A program made the position numbers and the translations under genes. DNA of 64,000 nucleotides. Origin: Eledone cirrhosa. Taxonomy: Eukaryota. A model generated the notes under the pieces. It had not been told where the DNA came from. It made no database searches and worked only from the letters and a program-made list of their open reading frames with translations. The stretch covers positions 365,552,001 through 365,616,000 of the forward strand of contig OZ024740.1 of the NCBI GenBank assembly GCA_964016885.1, in the 5' to 3' direction. This document shows positions 1-8,686 of this stretch, piece after piece (the stretch's first letter is position 1; each line of letters opens with the position of its first letter).

Positions 1-69
1 TGTCTCTAGTATACAGAGGTTACAGAATTTATTAGGTGGTTTGTACGAGGTCGCGCTGCCTATCACTTC

Positions 70-2346
70 GGCTTTAAAACCTTTAAAAGCCCCCCTCATA
101 ACACTCTACTTAACTCCTTTGAAAATGACCTAGTTAAACTAGTTAAGAACATTAAATACAATAAGCACCATATTAGAAGCAACACCTTCTTAAACAAACT
201 TAACACTTCTATTAGTGGATTCAAAACTAGTAATAAAATTATTGTACACGCAGATAAAACTAATAACATATACAGCCTAGATTATATTACTTATAGAAAG
301 TTTATATATATTGAACTACATAAAAGCTACAAAAAAACCACCTTGAAAAACTTAGAAGATATTAATGTAGAGGGTTATAATATAGTGTCTAAACTAGGAC
401 TACAGAGGCATACACAACCTTTCACTCCGAACCCCCCTAGATTCTCTCTGAAGGACCATAAGGAGAACTTCATCAGCAACCCCACGATAAGACTTATCTG
501 CCCTTCCAAGTCCGACATTGGTATTATCAGCAAGAAGATTTTGGATAAAATCATCCCACAAATTAAACACAAGATACACCTTAAACAATGGGGAAATACG
601 GGTGAAGTAATTGAATGGTTTAAGGATATCAAGAATAATAAGAACAAAAAATTTATTCAATTTGATATCAATTCATACTACACCTCTATTTCCCCTATCC
701 TATTAAATAAGGCACTTATCATGGCCATGACCAATAGCGACCTGACTAGAGCCCAGGTTGATGTCATCCTTGCGGCCCGTAAAACCATAATCACCTTCGA
801 GGACCAACTATGGACACGCAAGGATACGCACAACAACTTCGACATAACCATGGGATCTAGTGACTCGGCGCAGGTCACTGATTTGGTCGGCCTATACCTC
901 CTCAATGAAATCCATAAAGACCTCCCTTACCTCAACGGTGGTTTGTACCGCGATGATGCACTTCTACTCATTGAATATAAAAAATTTAATATAGAAAGAA
1001 CTAGAAAACAACTGCATAAGACATTCAAAAACTTTAACCTTAGTATCACCATGGACAAAAACACTAAAAATGTTAACTTCCTAGACGCCACACTATACCT
1101 AGACTCAAAAATATATACACCTTTCCATAAGCCTAATGAGAAACTTATTTACGTAGATACCAAGTCTAATCACCCTAGATCAATATTAAACTCTATCTCT
1201 AAGGGGGTGTCCAATAGAATCTCTAGTCTGTCCTATGACGCAAACATATTTAGCAAAAACTCACAATATTACAATCAAGCATTAGCTAGCTCCGGCCATA
1301 ATATAGAAATTGAGTTCCTACCTAAGAAAACACATAGCTACAACATCATCTCGCACAACATGTCCATGAGGAAATCTAATAATAGGAATAGCAACCACAA
1401 GTACACCAAAGCGGAGGGTGCCACCGGAAGTAACCATTACCATGGAAACTACTGTGAGGCCTTAGGAGGAAGCAACACACCAAACACTAAAAGCAAAAAT
1501 AGAAGAAGAAATAATACATTTTTCAACCCTCCTTTCAACCTAAATGTCTCCACCAACATACCTAGGGCTTTCTTCTCACTACTAGATAAAAACTTCCCTC
1601 TAGGACACAAGTACCACAACCTCTTAAACAAAAACACCATTAAAATCTCATACTCTACGACGCCTAACTTAGCATACCACATAGCTAGCAGCAATAATAG
1701 TAAAATTAGTTCTTACTTCCAACAAACAAAATCACAACGGGATGCAAACCCTCTAAATACCACTGTAGCAAGCAACAATAGCAACGGCAGTAACAATAGA
1801 AATAACACTAGTATAAGTAATAACACCAGGGTTGTCAACCCGAACACCCAAAATCCTATATCCACCACACAGACTTCCGCATTGCATTATAACCAGCGGA
1901 CTAACGCACAGAATAATTGTAACTGTAGAGCTAATAGAACCTGCCCTTTAGATAAAAAATGCCTAACCAAGGATGTCATATACTCATGCACAGTCACGAC
2001 TAATAACTCTTCAGAAACCTATGTAGGCTCCACTTCTAACTGCTTCAAAATCAGATATAACTCGCACATCCACTCGTTCAAAAAGCACAGCCTAGCCAAC
2101 TCCACCTCACTTTCTAGCTACATACACTATCTAAAATCTAAAAATAAACCATACACACTCAAATGGGAAGTGATAGGCAGCGCGACCTCGTACAAACCAC
2201 CTAATAAATTCTGTAACCTCTGTATACTAGAGACACACAATATTATCTTCTCCAACCGTAACCTACTTAACAAAAAATCTGAGGTGTTTGCAACTTGCCA
2301 GCACCGCCTCAGACATTCCTTCCAAAACTTTAAGCCCTATATATAG
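70..2346 (+). CDS. PLE reverse transcriptase + C-terminal GIY-YIG endonuclease (N-terminus lost; frame open upstream of the tracked ORF 343..2346)
   Basis: Motifs FGFKT..PP, ADKTNN, QFDINSYY, FDITMGSSDSAQVTDLVG, GLYRDDAL, FNPPF, CNC..CPL..C, VIY..YVGST..FKIRY..H, CNLC..E, C.H; no stops. Confidence 0.92.
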   Translation, partial: GFKTFKSPPHNTLLNSFENDLVKLVKNIKYNKHHIRSNTFLNKLNTSISGFKTSNKIIVHADKTNNIYSLDYITYRKFIYIELHKSYKKTTLKNLEDINVEGYNIVSKLGLQRHTQPFTPNPPRFSLKDHKENFISNPTIRLICPSKSDIGIISKKILDKIIPQIKHKIHLKQWGNTGEVIEWFKDIKNNKNKKFIQFDINSYYTSISPILLNKALIMAMTNSDLTRAQVDVILAARKTIITFEDQLWTRKDTHNNFDITMGSSDSAQVTDLVGLYLLNEIHKDLPYLNGGLYRDDALLLIEYKKFNIERTRKQLHKTFKNFNLSITMDKNTKNVNFLDATLYLDSKIYTPFHKPNEKLIYVDTKSNHPRSILNSISKGVSNRISSLSYDANIFSKNSQYYNQALASSGHNIEIEFLPKKTHSYNIISHNMSMRKSNNRNSNHKYTKAEGATGSNHYHGNYCEALGGSNTPNTKSKNRRRNNTFFNPPFNLNVSTNIPRAFFSLLDKNFPLGHKYHNLLNKNTIKISYSTTPNLAYHIASSNNSKISSYFQQTKSQRDANPLNTTVASNNSNGSNNRNNTSISNNTRVVNPNTQNPISTTQTSALHYNQRTNAQNNCNCRANRTCPLDKKCLTKDVIYSCTVTTNNSSETYVGSTSNCFKIRYNSHIHSFKKHSLANSTSLSSYIHYLKSKNKPYTLKWEVIGSATSYKPPNKFCNLCILETHNIIFSNRNLLNKKSEVFATCQHRLRHSFQNFKPYI

Positions 2347-3789
2347 CAATGTCGGACTGGAACCTAACACCACATCTAGCATCAAACACCAGAGACACAC
2401 CCTATACTACATACCCAACACTAGCTGATCCATTATAACACAAATAACGACATCCCTCTGGAACCCTTCGCAGGGAAAATACCCATTTATACCTCTACGG
2501 CAGGAGTGACAACATCCACCCACTTGGACGGCACTACACCGCTCTAAGGGTAATTTGAGCATGAATTGATCGGTTGGATGGTGTTGGGCAGAGGAAACAC
2601 CTTCCTTAGACAGATGTAAAATGATTTAATCGAGTAGCGCTGTTGACCAGTAGGACCGGGCTGCTGAGCGCAGTGAGTGAATGCAATGCAACTGCCGTGC
2701 GGGTTGTACGTATATGGATGATCTGACGGTCAGAGAGGGGTCGCGAGGACTGCGGATTGACCTTTGGCCTGCCTGGGGACGATTATCTTTCGACATCCAA
2801 TGTAGCAAGCGATGACCCAGATCTTACCAGAGATCATTGGGTCCTGAAGCAATCCTGCAATCACCGCGCCTGGTCATATGAGCAGACTACAACCACAGAG
2901 ATCATTATTTTAGAATCCTCGCTCATCATCTATAATTTCCATTTGTAGCACCTTAAGATGGGTTAATCCACCTTAATAATAATATGATCACCTTCAGCAT
3001 AATTTAGTTAAACTACTCTATAGTTAGTACACTTTATGCTTTAAAAGTCTCTCTTGGAAGGTGCACCTCACCATAGAATTTAGGGTCTATATTGGGACAC
3101 ATTTTAATGGCTAGATATAGAAACCCCAGAGTTACCTCCCCGCATGCATTAACTCCCCTTAGCCACACACACACTTCCGGTATTCAATGGCGTTTCTCGA
3201 AACGTAACAACCTCCTGTATCGAACTAAAGAACACCAGACTACGATCTCTAACTGGATTGTCGTGGATTATGTGAAAGGCATATAATCGAAATATACACT
3301 CCCTTGACCTTGAAAATGCCGAAGTACATGAATTACTTGACATCCCTGCGCTGTGCATCTCCAATACTTATAACACTTTTAATGCTTGCACTATCTTTAA
3401 TGCTTATAATATTTCTCCACACACAGACTATATCAATCATATAAAGACTTTGCCACCAGATCTACCAACCTAACACTCTTATTTACCTACCTAAGTGCCT
3501 CTACCACACATATCTCTCTGCCACACTATATAAACAAGACGCACATGCGTGCCACACATATAACATTTGCACTATATAACCACTTATCTTCATGTTGTAC
3601 TTTAACCTATATCTTTGATTTTTGATTGTACCTATTAATATAAATGTAATCTCGAAGTGTGTACTGCCACTCTAAATTCTGTAATGAATGTTGACCCACA
3701 ATGTTTGAATATGTATCAATGTTTGAATATGTATTGGTATATCTCTCGGCTGAAAAGGAGGTCATATAACTGTCCATGCATTAATAAAT

Positions 3790-3836
3790 TGCTCCGAAGA
3801 ATCCAAACCTCGGTTTGGAGGAAACAGCTGTAAGCA
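3790..3836 (+). ncRNA. Type I hammerhead ribozyme (CCGAAGA core variant) of PLE1
   Basis: tgct-CCGAAGA-a-tccaaac(ctcg)gtttgga-g-GAAAC-agct-GTA-agca. Confidence 0.75.
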
Positions 3837-4041
3837 CAATAATGTTTTGAACAGTTCTTTGATTCTTATATTTCATATAACTGCTCTGTAAATCATCTGA
3901 TGTTTTTACATTGAGCTACTTAACTTACTGGTAATAAGGTAGTAATACATTACTGCCTACCACTATTTAGGGTGTGTGTAAAATACTTACAACTGCTTAA
4001 GGTTTTGTGTTTACATAACCATAAATAGTATAACTAATACT

Positions 4042-4042
4042 A

Positions 4043-4118
<76 letters not shown>

Positions 4119-4120
4119 TA
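4042..4120. repeat. (TA)n microsatellite
   Basis: direct reading. Confidence 0.95.
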
Positions 4121-4266
4121 GTATTTTCCGTAGTGTTGTAATATGAATATTACACACAGTAGATGGACAGCTCACGTAGGGTTTGCTCGACGGTTCCAGT
4201 TGTAGTTTCAAAAGTAATCCTGAGAAAATAGAAGGATTTAAATGGATACAGTTCAGTAAAAGGAAT

Positions 4267-4387
4267 TTATTGACATGTGTTTCAATAACAGTTATATAAC
4301 CTGAAAACAGCTGCTATCTACAAAGTATTAATTATGCAGACACTCAATATTTCAATGTTATTTTCAACTATAATTTCATCAGAATAA
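4267..4387 (-). ncRNA. Type I hammerhead ribozyme with long stem II (inverted pLTR of PLE2)
   Basis: near-identical reverse complement of 8033-8153. Confidence 0.75.
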
Positions 4388-4542
4388 TCTTATTTGAGAA
4401 CTTGTTTGGTTTTTATAGAGAATATTAAGAGGGAGGAGTGAAGTTGTTAGAAGAATAGTTAAGGGAGTGGATAGAAATTTTTGATAGCAGTGGGTAATTA
4501 GATTCCCATCTGTTGTTTTGACATTTTTATAGAATACATTAT

Positions 4543-6582
4543 TTGGCGTTGGATATTAAAAAACTACTGGATGACCTTAAAAACACCAAAGGGATTGTAG
4601 TAAAAGCGGACAAAACATCTAGCCTGTATACTATGGACTGCACTACATATAACAACTTCATTCGAAAAGAACTGCATAAAAAATATAGAAAAACGAGTGA
4701 AGTAACCCTTAAGCACATCAATGATGAGGCATGCGAAATAGTGAAAAATCTCGGAATCGAAGATAGGACAGGACCACTCTTACCGGCGGTACCCACCTTC
4801 AATCTTAAGGACCATAAGGTAAACTTTGATAATGACCCTAAAATTAGACTAATCTGCCCCTCTAAATCCGATATAGGTAAAATAAGCAAATATATCTTAG
4901 ATAGAATCATCCCCCAAATTAAGGCTAAGGTTAACATTAAACTCTGGGGGAAGACCCAAGAAGCAATTAGATGGTTTAATAGCATTAGCAATAAGAATAA
5001 ATCTAAGTTTATTCAGTTTGATATCGACGAATATTACTCATCGATATCACCTGAAACTCTGAATAGAGCCATTGAGTTTGCTAAGGATAACTCTGACCTT
5101 ACAAACGAAGAAAATAAGATTATATTAGAAGCTAGGAAAACTATAGTCAAATTTGAGAACAGTTATTGGGTTCGTAAAGATAGACCCTCCAACTTTGACA
5201 TAACAATGGTCTCTAACGATTCGGCGGAAATAACTGATATTGTGGGGTTATTTATCGCCTTTAAACTCCAGGAAAAATTCAGTAATCTCCACGGTGGAAT
5301 ATACCGCGATGATGCTCTCCTCCTAGTTAAAAACCTAAATAACCAAAAACTAGAAAAACTACGCAAAGATATAAGAAAACTACTACTCGAAATAGGACTA
5401 ACTATAACATATGAACACAACCTTAAAGTAGTTAACTTCCTGGATGTCACACTCAATTTAAACTCTGGTCTGATTAAACCGTTTCATAAATTGAATGAAA
5501 ATCTCAAGTACGTAAATGTTGGGTCTAACCACCCCATCTCTATAATTAAATCTATCCCTAAAAATATTTCCCTTAGAATCTCGGGTCTATCTTCTAACAT
5601 ACAAGTATTTAAGGAACACGCCGAGTACTACGATAACGCCCTTAGTAAAGCAGGCTACCTCAACAAAATAGAATATATAGATGAAAACAATCAAAACACT
5701 CAAAATAAATCCCACATAGGTAGAAATAATAACACAACACCAAACCACACTTACTACCATAGTGTACACACCAGTAAACCAACAAACAAAACTAATAGAA
5801 AGCGATGCAAAGAGTACTTATGGTATAACCCTGAATACAATAGTTCCATTAGTACAAATTTACCAATACTCTTCTTTAAAATAGTTAGGAAACATTTTCC
5901 TACATCACACAAATACCGCAAAATCCTAAACCCTACCACTATAAGACTGTCATACTCTACAGCGTTAAACCTTGAACAACACATAAAAAAGATCAATACT
6001 AGAAGGTTAAACGAAAACACTAAAAACTTAAGTACAAAGAACTAAAAAAAAACAGTAGACAATACACTACAGAACATAAATAAACCACACCTAAGTTCGT
6101 CCGCAATACTACTCCAGAGTGAACCTAACTACAAAACCAACGTACACAACTGTAACTGCACCTATCCTGACAATTGCCCCCTCGGCAATAACTGCCTTGA
6201 AAAAAATATCATCTATAAGTGTACCATTGAATCCGGAGGCAACGAGTGGTATTACGTGGGATCAACGGCAACATCGTTTAAATCTCGATTATATAGGCAT
6301 TCTTACTCAATAAAACACCAGAGCCAAAGAAATGTAACAACTTTAGCAGAAAAAGCTTGGACACTCAGGGATAGCGATCAAAAGTTTACCCTAAGATGGG
6401 AGAAATTAGCTAAAACCCAAAGCTTTTCCAGGAGCCAAAATTTCTGCAAATTATGTAATCTTGAGATTTATTACATAATCACACACAAGAAGAAATTGCT
6501 TAATAACAGAATTGAACGAACATTATTCTGCCGTCACCGAACTAAAACCCTTTTTTCCCACTACAAGCTGAATATTACATAA
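4543..6582 (+). pseudogene. PLE2 RT + GIY-YIG ORF, 5'-truncated, one in-frame TAA at 6043-6045
   Basis: ADKT, QFDIDEYY, YRDDAL, WYNPEY; the same frame continues after TAA into CNCTYPDNCPL..C..IIY..YVGST..FKSR..CKLCNLE..CRH. Confidence 0.9.
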
Positions 6583-6880
6583 ACGAGGGACATCCTCCCA
6601 ACTATACAAATCCTCAATCTAGTTAGAAAAATATAAAAACAATCACTTCTCAACATATATATATGTACTATTAATAACCTTAAATTATCACACTAATAAT
6701 GGATAAATATGGTGGTGAGAATAGGTCCGAATATGCTATAATGAATGTGCCTAAAAGCGACCATATGTATGTATATATGTGAAAATGTATATAAATAAGT
6801 AAATAAGTCGGTGAGTGTATATATATATATATATATGTTTGATGTGTATAATTAAATGTATGTGTATTCATGTATATGTG

Positions 6881-6933
<53 letters not shown>

Positions 6934-6963
6934 AGATCAAAAGATGGTTAAAGGAGTTCCATG

Positions 6964-7034
6964 TATTTTATTATGCGCATTTCAAAAACAAACATCATCA
7001 TGCAATAATATTTGTGTTTTCATCAGATAAAACA
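6964..7034 (-). ncRNA. Type I hammerhead ribozyme
   Basis: minus strand tgttttat-CTGATGA-stem II-GAAAT-gcgc-ATA-ataaaata. Confidence 0.8.
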
Positions 7035-7160
7035 GGAGAACATGATATGGAGGCTAAAAAACACTTGTGGATAGTGCAGTTTTAAATCAACATATGTTGA
7101 TATGTTGATTTAAAACTGCACTATCCACAAGTGTTTTTTAGCCTTCATATCATGTTCTCC

Positions 7161-7231
7161 TGTTTTATCTGATGAAAACACAAATATTATTGCATTATGA
7201 TGTTTGTTTTTGAAATGCGTATAATAAAATA
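7161..7231 (+). ncRNA. Type I hammerhead ribozyme
   Basis: tgttttat-CTGATGA(7169)-aaacacaaatattat..atgatgtttgtttt-GAAAT-gcgt-ATA-ataaaata. Confidence 0.8.
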
Positions 7232-7353
7232 CATGGAACTCCTTTAACCATCTTTTGATCTTATATTATGTATACTCCAGTCCTACAAACTGTAGAGTGC
7301 TTCTTATCCGATATCTGCATTGCTTTATTGTACTACAATAAAACTCACCTCCT

Positions 7354-7448
<95 letters not shown>

Positions 7449-7551
7449 CACATAGACAGGAGTATGTATGTATATATGTGTGTATATGAAGATAAGTAGA
7501 GTATGAAAGTGTATATACATGAATGCGTATATGAGTACATATATATATGTA

Positions 7552-7633
<82 letters not shown>

Positions 7634-8032
7634 TGCATATATGTATGTAAGTATGAGCATGTAAGTATGTGTATGTGAGTGTATGTATTTGTAGAGGTGT
7701 GCATATATGTATGTGTGTGAATGTGTATGTGTTTTTTTAAAATAAGTATATATACACATATATCTATGTGAGGACGAACGGATACTCACACTTGAAAGAA
7801 AAATTCAAGTCTGTATGTTAATTAAGTACAAACACAAAACCAACCATGCAAATCTTTACTATCTCTAATCCTTTTATAGATTTAGAAAAATAACCAACGC
7901 CAAAACAACAGATGGGAATCTAATTACCCACTGCTATCAAAAATTTCTATCCACTCCCTTAACTATTCTTCTAACAACTTCACTCCTCCCTCTTAATATT
8001 CTCTATAAAAACCAAACAAGTTCTCAATGAGA

Positions 8033-8153
8033 TTATTCTGATGAAATGATAGTTGAAAATAACATTGAAATATTGAGTGTCTGCATAATTAATACTCTGT
8101 AGATAGCAGCTGTTTTCAGGTTATATAACTGTTATTGAAACACGTGTCAATAA
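8033..8153 (+). ncRNA. Type I hammerhead ribozyme with ~92-nt stem II (PLE2 pLTR)
   Basis: ttatt-CTGATGA(8038)-aatgatagtt...aactgttatt-GAAAC-acgt-GTC-aataa. Confidence 0.8.
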
Positions 8154-8260
8154 ATTCCTTTTACAGAACTGTATCCATTTAAATCCTTCTATATATATGG
8201 ACAACTGTTCAAAGGAAGAACAGAAAGCACCGAGACACTGGGAGCAAAAAACCCCAAGTA

Positions 8261-8686
8261 ATGTGCAAGTTTTTCAAGAACGGGACATGCTGGCATGGAA
8301 AGACAGGGATGGGATGCAGATTCGCCCACCCTAGGTCTCAAACGAACTATGCCCATCATACTCGCGCAACATGCCCCAGCCAAAGCCGAAATAAGCCGCT
8401 CCAGAAGTATGCTGATGTCGCGCGTGCCGCACCAACAAGGAGAAGGCACGCACATGCCGACGAGATACAGATGGCAGCAGCAGATCAGAAAAAATTTTTA
8501 GTGATGGCAGAGAAGATTGTGGGACAGCTGACCTGGCTGCATCGTCTCCAGAGCCAGGGTCATCCACACCAGCACCCGAGACCACCGCAGTTAGGGGACC
8601 CAGAGTGGTCGCCGCTGACACCAGACCAGGTGTCATACCGACAGCCATTACTGGCACCCCAAAAGTCACACCAGTGCTGCTGCTGA
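8261..8686 (+). CDS. LINE ORF1 C-terminal part with CCCH zinc finger
   Basis: CKFFKNGTCWHGKTGMGCRFAHP. Confidence 0.65.
   Translation: MCKFFKNGTCWHGKTGMGCRFAHPRSQTNYAHHTRATCPSQSRNKPLQKYADVARAAPTRRRHAHADEIQMAAADQKKFLVMAEKIVGQLTWLHRLQSQGHPHQHPRPPQLGDPEWSPLTPDQVSYRQPLLAPQKSHQCCC

Larger units (their letters stand above)
1..4041 (+). mobile_element. Penelope-like element PLE1 (Hydra-like clade), 5'-truncated with inverted 3' segment at its 5' end, ends in (TA)n
   Basis: RT + GIY-YIG ORF; nt 1-69 are the reverse complement of 2167-2235; HHR at 3790-3836; long 3' UTR. Confidence 0.9.
6926..7269. mobile_element. ORF-less fold-back element: 169-bp inverted arms, each with a hammerhead
   Basis: 6926-7094 vs 7101-7269 are reverse complements with few mismatches; (TA)n on the left. 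Confidence 0.85.
4121..8192 (+). mobile_element. Penelope-like element PLE2 (Hydra-like) with inverted pLTR at 5' end
   Basis: ~4228-4520 is the reverse complement of ~7902-8192; RT/GIY-YIG ORF in between; HHR in both pLTR copies. Confidence 0.88.
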
